Part shown: positions 51,018 to 61,607 of the stretch, piece after piece
Layout of the letters: every line of letters starts with the position of its first letter
How positions within the stretch are numbered: position 1 is the first letter of the stretch
DNA from: Raillietiella orientalis
Taxonomy: Eukaryota
Reading direction: 5' to 3'
DNA length: 64,000 bases
NCBI GenBank assembly: GCA_036172245.1
Contig: JAYWIR010000087.1
Coordinates: forward strand, 62,001 to 126,000
Notes under the pieces: generated by a model
Told to the model about the DNA's origin: nothing
The model's database searches: none
The model's input: the letters and a program-made list of their open reading frames with translations, nothing else
Translations under genes and position numbers: made by a program

Positions 51018-52180
51018 GGGCGAACGTTTGTTGTTGGTGCTCCTCGTGCCAGAACCACTTCTCCCTCAGTGCTAGCGTTCAATGGTCCAGTGGTCGATGC
51101 CTGACACGATCACCAGTGAGTGCCAGGGGGCCGCGGGAACGTCGCCCCAAGAGGCGAAGGAGTGCCAGGGGGCGAAGGCAACGTCGTTCTCAGAGGCGAA
51201 GGAGGAGGGGACATCCGCCTTCACAGAATCGATCCCCGCAGCAGCGCGGGCGTGGAGCGCCGTCATGGCGACGCCATTGCTTGCAATTGCGGCGGAATTG
51301 TCTGCCTATGTGGAGGAAGGATATAACTTCTACTGTTCTACAAGGTAGGCAATCTATATTGTTCTGAGAGCGCTCGCCAATTCTCTAAAGGGATGCGTGC
51401 TCTCAATATACAGGAGGAGTAGCTCTGCGCTATGACCATCCGTAGCGGGGGTAGTACGTTGAGCTGAACTGCAAACAGGCAGATGTGGCCCAGCGTCAGC
51501 TCAAAAACACCGTGGCGATGGGGACACGCAGGCTCCTTCCCATTACGGCGGACCCCAGTATGGTGGAACACCTGTTGAATGTTATAGCGCGGATGCGGAA
51601 AGAACAGGTACGCGCCGCTTTAGATGAACATGGGACAGTCCATGCAGTTTGGACCAAGCCTAGTACCTTTGAGAACTACACTAGACTGCAATGCGGCCTC
51701 ACGGCTGACACGTAACCGTCCGCGAGGGCTCCTTCCTACACCACAAACTAATGCTCAGCGGCGAAACCGTCGACCGTTGGTATGTGGAGAAGCCCAAATA
51801 ATGTGGTTTCTGCCACACGTAAGGCCACTTCGAAACGAGGTGCCCCAACGTGCAGTGCTTCGTATGGGGTACGATGGGCCACACGAGGAAGGTGTGCTCA
51901 CAAGCTTCTGTGCGCCTGGTTTCCAAGAGAAACTTTAAAAAACGCGCCCGGCTGCTACAGAAAAAGGCTGGCGGCGAAAGCAGCCGCGACAGCTGTGCCA
52001 CCCGCGTCCATGGTCCAGGCTGCACCCGAGACCCCGGCAAAGAACGCCGAAAATGTGGAGGGAAACGGCTAGAAGCCTGGGTGGCAAGAAGCTACAACAG
52101 AAAATAGATCGAAAGAGAACGCCGACTTGAAAAAAGCTCGCCTACCAAAACAAAAAAAAAAAAGAGGGTAGTGAAATCAT
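51018..52180 (+). mobile_element. Family B 5' end and decayed ORF1
   Basis: GGGCGAACGTTTG 5' motif; AWSAVM, HGTVHAVW, CGFCHT*GHFETRC, CFVWGTMGHTRKVC; 42-bp internal duplication near 51118-51201. Confidence 0.8.
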
Positions 52181-52199
52181 AAAAAAATGCAGCGTCGTT

Positions 52200-54636
52200 G
52201 AAAATTACCCGGTTGCGCCGGAACGTTCAGTAATAATGTCATCTGGGAACTGCCTTCCATGGCAAGGGAAACAAAAGATGCGGAGTAGGGTTCCCGGCAC
52301 GCAGGCCAGGCACACTGAGAGTTCGGAACGGAAGGGGGGAACAATAAATAAATGAATAAGGTGGAAGGGTGGAGATAGGTTACCGCTGTCCTCTTAGATC
52401 CGACTGTGAATGCCGCCAATCACTGCCCTTACTTCTGCTCTAAGGTGGGGCCACCCGGCAGACAGTTGCAGGTTGCAGGATGCAGTGTCGGGACACATGT
52501 TGGGACCACTCGTATCTGCAATACGAGGCAGGCCCTGACAATGGCACGGACGCAGCAGATAAATGAAACCACCGCTCCAAGAGAAAGACCGCCACGCGTG
52601 AAGAAGCGGCGCATCCAATCCATTGCTGTGCGTCCGAGGTGCAGGAGACCTTAACACAGCTCCTGGTGGGCACCGCATTCAAACAGCAAATGCGGAAGCG
52701 ATTCCACCGCTCCGCATTTGGCACAGTTCGTGGACGCAACTCCCCCGAAAATCAGGTGCGTCCGCTAGGTGCAGTACAAACTTCAATCCACCAGCAGAAA
52801 AGCGTCCTGTTTCCAACGAAAGGGAAAGAGAGTCGCGTCCAAACATGCAGAAGGGACCACAAGTTCATCGGTGGGCACCCCTAGGAGCTCACTTCACAGG
52901 AGAAGTCCCTTGGCACGAATGAGAGGCGTGGCAGCGTCTGGCAGCTTGCGATTACTCCAGCCTCCCAGCAGTCGTGTTTCGCCTACGATTCCGCAAGAGA
53001 CCTCCCACCTCGCCGGTAGGGCACTGTCGTGTGGCACCATCAGTGCAGACTTTGCTACTGTAAGATGCTTAGCGGCTAGGCATGTCCACTGGTCCTGATC
53101 ATTGAGCACATCCCCCACTGGGCAGTATGGAGAAAGGTTCACGCGACGAAGTTAAAAACGGGACAAATCCTTTTGCGCTTCCCAGGAAGATAAGGCTTCC
53201 TTCCTCCAGGCATTGATGCTCGTCGGCCGGCAGGAGATCCAAGTATGCTTTCCCAGAAGTGAGGCGAGCTGCTTCACAGGGAAGCCGAATGCTCGCTGAA
53301 CGCGCTCCGTGCGCAGGTGCAGCGAAAGAAGTCTGTCGCCACCCGTGCAGCGCCGCAGCACCAGCCGCGCTAGAGCAGACCAGGTCCATAGCTGGGTGCA
53401 AAGTGCCAGAATGCAAAACTGCACTAGAAGTCCGATCTGCTGCAGCGTCAGGATGCCGAATCCTGCATCCTTCTGAGGAGCCGTTTAGTCCTTTAGGTGG
53501 ATACTGGACTTAGCCAGTCTCCAAAATGCGTATCGCAAGAGGCGTTTTGCCCGACGCTAACTGAGTAGGGAGAACATCAAACAAAAAAAAAGGTGACGGA
53601 GGATAGGGGCAACGAAAATGTTTTACACGAAAATGTTACACAGACTGCTCTGGGCCCTGTCCGACGGGAAGAAACTGCAATCTTGGAACGGGCCCAGAGC
53701 AGTCTCGGCCATAGGAATGCATACCGACCACGCTTCTGCTTGACAGAAAGCGCCCAAGTAAACGCCAAGGTAATTGAAGCCGCTGCTTGTTGGGATCCTT
53801 AGGCGCTTCCAGTCGGACTGCTCCTACCACGTAGAGCCAACCAGTACAAAGGTAGATTTTTTCCTCTTGACGCTCAGGCCCGCTCCCCGACGATTGAGCT
53901 CGAAGAAGTTTTCGAGTCTGCACGCCGGAGTGGACATGGGCAGCAGGAGAAGGTCGTCACGATAGGCGGCCACAACCGGAGTTTCCAAGCAGGAGCTCGG
54001 CAGGATGGCCAGCGTCAGCCTGTTCGCTCTGAGCACCAACTCAAAGAAAATGCTGAAAAGCAGGGGGCTTAAGCTGTCTCCGTGCCTGATACTCCGCCGT
54101 ATAGGAACACCATACACCTGGCGCCTGCTGAAAGAGATACAACATAACGAATGGTGCTCGCAGGAGCGGAAGTAGGCGCTGAGGTGCGTAGGGAGGATGA
54201 AGCGTCCCACAAGCTCCAAAAATAGGTGCTGGTTTACGCTGTCGAACGCTTTGCAGAGAACTTCCTCGACTGCTAAGGCCCTCAACGTTACATCGTGCCT
54301 TGAGCACCGCCGCTTATCTTTGGCAGCGGCACTTTTGGCTGACTGCCTCTGCTGCGCCACGTGCTGCTGCAACTCCAACGATGTACGCGCAAAGAACAGA
54401 TTCGCGTCCATGGACCGCTTCGGAAAAGCTAACGTCTGCACCGGACTTACCAAGGAATCTGCGATTCACCACAGCCGCGCTACAAAAACTATCGAGAACA
54501 ACTGGAGGTCCGAGTTTACCAAGTTGATCGGACGCCAGCTGTTGAGGTGGCGCAGATCCCCGCCTTTCGGTAGGAGCCGCACCTTTGTTGAGCGGAGAGA
54601 AGCGGCAACATATCCCGTCTCCCGCATCAGCGCCTG
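52200..54636 (-). mobile_element. Decayed family B ORF2 (RT to 3' end)
   Basis: LLPKGG, CKAFDSVNQ, HGDSLSPLLF, AAYRDDLLLL; 3' hairpin TCCGG-CGCAA-CCGGG near 52207-52222. Confidence 0.9.
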
Positions 54637-55740
54637 CTACGCACGGACGTGCTTTGGCGTCGCTCTGCGGTAGGCTGACTTTTGTGTGTTTGTGTTCTGC
54701 TGTGCTTCTGTGCTGCAATGAGAGCAAAGACGAACATCAGCCGCAAGATGGGAACGGTATCTGCTCCTGAGAAGGCAGTTTCGGCTGGTAGCAAGGAGCC
54801 ACAGTCCTTGCAGACGGCGAGCACATACGCCCAGGTCGCCGCACTCACGGCTACGATGAGAGCTTCGTCCGACAGCCCTGAACTTCAGGCGTATGTAGCA
54901 ATAAGCTACACGCCTGCACTTCGATATAAGGTAAGTGTCGTTATTCTTGAGCGTGTTGGGCGCGAGTTTGGTCAGGAACTCCAACGGATTGGAGTTCAGA
55001 GAGGCCAGCTGGAGTCCCTCATGCCCATGAGTGGGTGCGGCTGCTGGGAGGTGTCCAGTAAGGACGCTCTTCTTACGCAGCGTTTGATGCACACGCCGTT
55101 GCTCATTCGTGGGCAGGAAATACTCCCTGTGTTAACGGACCAGTCGTTCGTTGTCCGGCTGAGTGGATTGAGTGAGGGCCTTTCGGACCGCCAGGTCGTG
55201 GAAGCCCGTGAAAAATTCGCCACCTTTTGCGCGCTTTGGAGGAGCCAAACGCTTCCGTGGGTTTCGAAGACCACCACAGAGGGCTCTTCCAAGTGCGAGT
55301 GACGATGGCGGATCGCTGGGCAATGCCCACGCGACTGCAGGTAGATGGAATGACCGTCCGCCTGAGGTTTGCGGTAAAAACGCTTGTGTGCGCGGAATGG
55401 GGGCAGGAGGGTCATCGCCTGAGAAAATCCCACTCGGCCGCTTGCCGTTGCTGCCACGAGACCGGACACAGAAAAGAAACGTGCCCGCAGCTCCTTTTAA
55501 AAAACCAAAAGCGCAGTAACCAAGCGCGTATAGCATCGCGAAATAAACGCCGCGAATCGAGAGAAAAAATCCTCAAAACTTCGCAGAGCGTTTTGAAAAC
55601 CGCGAGAGCACATGCGCAGAAAACTCTTCCTCCTCTCCTGAAAAAATTGGAGAAAAACAAAAATACGCGACGCGGCGAAGCCTCAGGCTACCGAGCCGAC
55701 GGAAGCTCGCGAACAATGCGACCTTCCACCGAGACCTCGG
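54637..55740 (+). mobile_element. Family B 5' end and ORF1 fragment
   Basis: GCACGGACGTGCTTTGG; TYAQVA, DQSFVVRLSG, CAEWGQEGH, CRCCHETGHRKETC. Confidence 0.88.
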
Positions 55741-55741
55741 T

Positions 55742-57772
55742 GGGGGCGGACGTGTTTTTCCTTCGCCCCCTAGAGAGTCGTAGGAAGGCGTTTTTTTCTT
55801 CCGTGGTGTGTTTGTGTGGAACATCGTTGGTGTCCGATGGCATCCTTGCCTGTGGACACCACGATGGATGTAGGAGTGGGGGAGGCTTGTCCACCCCTGC
55901 AGGCTACTTCATCAGGGGCATCAGCCCCGGAATCACCCTCGTCGCCCAAGGCGAGCAGCTGGAGCGCCATGGTGTCCGCGCCTAGAGCGAAAGCCATATC
56001 CGAGATGGAAACCTACAAGGCAGCGGGGTATAAACCCTCGCTGATATACCAGATAGCCAACCTTTTTGATATGCGAACTGCACACGCCTTTACGAAGGCG
56101 CTGCAGCACGCCAATATCTTGGAGAAAGATGTTGACGGCCTCTCCGTGCTCAGCGGAGATCAGCGCGTCGAGGTTGTATTTAAGGATATTACCTTGGCGG
56201 AAATTCTGATCACCACCCCGCTCAACATGGACGGGCGCAATATCCTGCCATTCACAATGGACCGCTCCGTAGTGGTCCATCTGAATGGCATCACAAGCCG
56301 AATGACGCAGTCTACGGATGGCGAACAGTTAGGGAAATACGGTGGGCTACACGCGCTGTGGCCTGAACCCACGATTTTGAACGGCTATGATAGCCTTCTT
56401 GGGGGACAAGCTGCGGCGCGTGTCACCTATACAGAAAATTGTGGGTTTCATCACAAACTTGAGGCTGCGGATGAGAACGTCGATCTCTGGTTTGTAGGGA
56501 AGCATCGGTATTACAGGCATTGTAATACCGTGGGACACCTAACGCAAGAGCTGTCCCAATATACAGTGCCACCTGTGCGGAGAGCAGGACCACGTTCAGC
56601 GCGTGTGCCCTAAACGCCCCACCCCGGTTCCCCCAGCCGGAAAAAAAGCCCAGAAGAAACGCACCTTAAAGGAAGCAAAACCCAAGGCGGACACTAGCCG
56701 GCAGAACCTGCCAGCACCACAACCACCGGCGCAAGAGCCGGAGGATAAACCTTCCGAAGTGGTGAAAGGAGAAGAGGGCTGGAAACTTGTTGTGGCCAGA
56801 AAAACAAAAAAGACTTTCACCACGGAGAAAAAGGAGCAAAAGCCGGAGGGTACGTCGAGAAAACGCGGGCCGCGCTCGAAAACTGTGCGGGAGTGCACGG
56901 TGGCACTTGAACGGATTGCCGTTACGGAGACTGCCACCCTGGTGGCTTCCCTCGCCGTTCCCGACGAACACGAGGTTCACGACGGCGAACCATCTGTTCA
57001 CCTAGAGGGTGAGCCGCACGACGCGCGCGCCGACGGCGAGCACGCCGCATTCGCGAAGGCGGCAGAGGAGCTCGCGGCCACGCTGGCTGAGCATCAGAAC
57101 CCGTCACGCAAGGCAGTGCGAAGGCCGGCTCCGGCAAAAAAGGTCCCCACAGGTAAGTCAGACCTACGGGCTTGAACTTTATCTTCCTCCGCTGAGGCAC
57201 CCCCGAGGAAGTCGGGACGCAAGTCCCAGAAGCCCAGGAGGCGCCTCCCCTCCACCAGTAAGGAGGAGAAGACGGATTCCGTCACCGGCGTGGGAATCCC
57301 GGAAAGGGGAACTTCAAAGCCTGGAAGCCGTCGAACAGCCCACCCCAATGGAGGAGGGTGAGCAAAGGGGTGAAACCCTTCCTGCAGTCGCCGATCCTAA
57401 ACAGCCCGCCCCCATGGAGGAGGGCCAACAGATTGGCGCGACACCACGTGAAGGTAACTCGCTCGACGCTCCGTCACCGATGGAGGAGAAGGACCTGATG
57501 CCATCAGCACCTGTCCCTCATCGTCCTCCTAGCGTCCCGTCCCAGCAGTTGGCGGACGCTGCATAGCCATCTTCTCAGGATTAACACCTGAACTCGCCAG
57601 TCGCCGTCGGATTCGCGCGGTCTGTTAGAATGTCAACGGGCTGCGTGACGACGGCAACAGGCAATATATAGCCGACACCCTGCGTGAGCTCGACCTGTTC
57701 CTGCTGCAGCACATCCACGTGATCACCGCGGCAGACGTCCAGGAGATCGAGTCGATCGCAGGGGGTTGACTG
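55742..57772 (+). mobile_element. Family B 5' end, ORF1 and APE N-terminus
   Basis: GGGGGCGGACGTGTTTTTCC; MASLPVDTTMDV, SWSAMV, knuckles, PMEEG repeats; RRIRAVC*NVNGL...LFLLQHIH. Confidence 0.88.
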
Positions 57773-59268
57773 TTTATCACTCGACTGCGCCGGGGCGTTC
57801 ATTAAAATTTATCCGGGAACAGAGTTCCTGGACAAAGCGAAAATCAAGAGATGGAGGGGGCGGGATCCCCGACACGCAGGACGGTAAACCGGAAGTCCTG
57901 AACGGGAGAGAGGGGACCAAAAATGCACTACCATAAAAAAATAAAATAAACATACAGAGTGCAGGGGAGAAGAGTCTTTATTTCGGCCGTTCCTTCCTTT
58001 CAGAACCGTAGATGGATGCCGGCGATCTCTCTTCTCAAGTCCTTTGGCAGAAGGGCCCACTCGGCAGCCAACAACATGCTTGCGCTGGCTAATCCTGTGG
58101 GATGACGCAGAATGACCAGCTTCTCCAACTCTCGGTGGGCCTTGTCGATAGAGCGGGTGCAACAAACGGTTGCAACGACAGCACCCAAAGACAGGCCACC
58201 TGGCGTGAAGAAGCAGCGCATCATGTCCCTCGCAGTGTTCACCTGGTGTAGAAGAGCTGAGGCCAACCTTCGCCAAAGTCCCAAAAGAATACCGCAGTCC
58301 AGGAGCAGGTGCGGAAGCGTTTCCACTTCCCCGCACCGCTTACAGTTTGGGGAGAGAACTCCCCCGGAAACACGGTTCGTCCGCTGGTTGGAGTGAAAAC
58401 CCCAGTGCAACCTGCACCTGTCCTGCTTATACGAAATAGAAAACACAGAAGTGTTCAAACAGAAGGGAGGGACCACAAGTTCTTCGGGGGGCACACTCAA
58501 GTGTTCACTACACCAAAGGAGACCCTTCGAGATGTGGCGAGGCGTGGCGGCGTCTGCCAGCTCGAAAGTCCTCCAGCCGCCAATAGGTCGTGTTGTTCCT
58601 GCAATGGTGCAGGCGTCCTTTCATCTCGCCAGTTCGCAGCTGTCATCTGTTGCCCTGAGGGTTGACAGTGCGTCGGCGAAAGGGGTAAGGGCCAGGCCGG
58701 TCCACTTCTCCTGGCTGCTGCAGACCTCATCCACCGTGCAATACGGAGAGTGGTGAACGCAACGGAGTTTCAGGAGGAATATATCCTAATGCTTTGCCTA
58801 GCCATCCAACGGTTCCTGCAGTTAGGCTTGAAAGTTCGTTGGGCGTCAGGAGATCCATTCCTGAGCTGCCAAGAGCCAGTAGAGCGGTTTCAAAGGGAAA
58901 CCGAAACTTGTCGTGGGGTTCTCCGTGTGTGGACGCAGCGACAGAAGTCCGTCGCTGCCGTTACAGCGCCGCAGTAGCAGACGCGCAGGAGCGCACCGCG
59001 GAGTGGAACAACGGTTGGCGCACAGGGCCAACATTCGAAGCTGCACCTGCAGCTCGATTCCCTCCAGCGTCAGGATGCCTAAGCCAGCATCTCGACACGG
59101 CGCCGCCAAGTCTTACAAGCGGAACCTGGAACTCGCAGGACCCCACACAGCGTTCCTCAACAGGCTGTGCGCCTGGAGCTTCGGCGAGTAGGGAAGCGGC
59201 AAACAAAAAACAGTGGGCGCCAGAGGGGAGCAACAAAGGTATTCCATATCGCGAACCCCTCAGACAGA
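57773..59268 (-). mobile_element. Family B ORF2 C-terminal half and 3' end
   Basis: DAGLGILTLE, CKRCGEVETLPHLLLDC; terminus AATGAACGCCCCGGCGCAGTCGAGTGATAAA. Confidence 0.88.
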
Positions 59269-59280
59269 AGGAACAGACTT

Positions 59281-61592
59281 AACCCGGAACAGACTTACGC
59301 TGTTCCTGGACGAAGTATGGAGGACAACCTCTTCTTCGCGAGCACATGGATGCACGCGAAGCGGAGTAGGAAAGAAGGGAGAAAGAAAATTTGCAACCCC
59401 AATTTGGGGCAGTCAGTGGGACAGGTTAGGGAATCCTATGCCTGAAAGTCGGCCTTAGCGACCGCAGTCGACCTCCATAAGGTATTCGACAGTCTTCACC
59501 AGGAACTCCTCTTGGAGCTCCAGGGTCGAATGTGCTTCCCACCCTCCTTGATTACCTACCTGCGCTCTTGCTGGCATAACGCGATAATGTCGATTACTTT
59601 CAGTGGTCATAAGGTCTTTGGCATGCCGCTGCGGCGAGGCATGAGGCAGGGCGATAGCCTCAGCCCCCTGCTCTTTAGCACCTACGCTGAGTTGGTGCTG
59701 AGAGCGTACAGGGTGACTTTGGCTCCCTTGCGGAGCTCGTGCCCCGGCACGCCGGCCATGGCGGTGTATGTCGACGATCTTCTGCTCCTCTTACCTGTGT
59801 CCACCCCGGCGACGGCGGTCGCCGATTTCTTCGACCTGCTTAGCCATGTTGCCGGATTACAGGTTACCAGGGCGAAGTCGTCGGTGGTACCAGCTGGAAC
59901 GGCGTGGTCAAGGCAGCAGGACTGGGTCCGTCTGGGGATCCCAACGCTGAGGTGCATCAAGTACCTTGGTGTGCCGTTGGGAAACTTCTTCCCTGCGGAA
60001 GCGTGGTCCAACTGCCTTCAAAAAGTCGAGACGGAGATCGGGCCCTTCCTGGAAAGCAAGTTTCACTTGCCAGAACCGGCTGCGGTTTGCAACGCGTTCG
60101 CGGTTCCCATAATCCGCCCCTTACTTTTTGTTTGCCCCGCCCCCTTGGAATTTAAAAAGCGGACGAAGGACCTCCTCCGCATAGCCCTTTGGGGCAAGGG
60201 GAGGCTCCGAGTCTCTTTGAAGTACTTGCGCGCTCCGCCTCGGGATGGCGGTCTCAGTATCCTGACGCTGAAGCGCGTGGAAATCCAGCTGCGATGCGGA
60301 ACCCTCGCCATCGCAGCGAAGATGTGGGGATCCGCTTCGTGCATTCCGGCCCGCTTCCTGGAAAGGCGTGTGTCTCTATACGAAGGACTAGCGTAGTTTC
60401 TTTTGTGCTTTCCCCGGAAGATTCGAAGATACGGTCTACTGCTCGTCCGCATGGCAACCCTGGCGAAGGACAACGGCTGGATGGTTTGTGGCCTTGCCAA
60501 CTCTTCTGCATGGCTGAAGGAGACTGCTGGCACCTGGGCCAAGCAGAACCAGAGGTGTGAAGACTCGATGGACTGCCTGCGATTCGGCTTCTACGCATGC
60601 CGAACTCTGCGTGAAATTCTTGAAATTCCACCGAGTTGCACGTAAGCGGAAGGGACAGCCCTTGCTACGGCGATACCGTTCCTCCAAAGAACGCTCCGCG
60701 AAAGCCGGAAGCCAAGGTGGCAAGTCCGCTGCTGTATCGCAGGCAGAGAGAAGATGATGAGCGGCTGGACCATAAGAGAATTGACAGATGCGACGACCCC
60801 TAGTATGCAGCCGCGTGGATTACGAAGATGGGGCCAGTTGCTCGGCATTCGATTGGATGACCTGAAGTGGCCCCCGGTTCTACTTTGATATAGAATTCTT
60901 TTCCTGATGTGGCAAGAATCCGCTCTTCTGTGGCCGCATTGGGGTCTACCCTGCAATGCGCGCGGCTTCCACTGGACGCAGGGAAGGGTAAATCCTCCGT
61001 GTGCCAGGTGTGGGGAGCGAGTGTCGCTCCCCCACCTCTTAGTTGATTACCCTGCCGTCCGGATTCTTAGCGATCGTCTTAAAATGGCCCTTGGGATACC
61101 AGATAAGGGCAACTTTATAGGCGTTTACGGTCTTGTCTTCGTGCGGGACCCCCTCAGTCCAGCCGCAGCCCTGGCAACACTTTGCTGCATTCGTGGTATC
61201 GTGGCGGCCTGGAGTGATGCCGAAGATGAAGATTCCATTGTGAGGGACGTCTTCAAGTATGCTTTTCGCCTCCTGCAGAGAGCTTAGCGATGGCACCATC
61301 TAGGAAAAATGAAAATGGAAATCGAAGGCATCCTGGAAAGGATGAGACCTCTTAGCAGTTGTCTGTGATCCCTTCCCGGCCCTCCAAACTCCTTGTGTTG
61401 TTTGTTTTTCTCTTTTTATTTTATATTTGTTTTCTCCCTCATCCCCTTTCACTTTCGAGGAGAGCCACACCGGGCTGCTTCCCGGTGTCCCGGAAATTTC
61501 GGTATTGCGTGGCCGTGAGTGGGGCCTTGTACCACGTTCCTTAATGACTAAAGAAATGTTTTTCAAGAAGCGTTTTCGCGTACCCGCGTGGA
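59281..61592 (+). mobile_element. Family B ORF2 from RT domain 2 to the 3' UTR
   Basis: QTYAVPGRS, VDLHKVFD, GMRQGDSLSP, YVDD, KYLG, CARCGERVSLPHLLVDY. Confidence 0.9.
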
Positions 61593-61607
61593 ATCGCCGA
61601 AACCTGT

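Noticed and set aside
59270..59297. 12-bp direct repeat GGAACAGACTTA at a head-to-head junction as a TSD
   Set aside because: The two units are only 4 bp apart with no element between them. Better explained as a repair microduplication.
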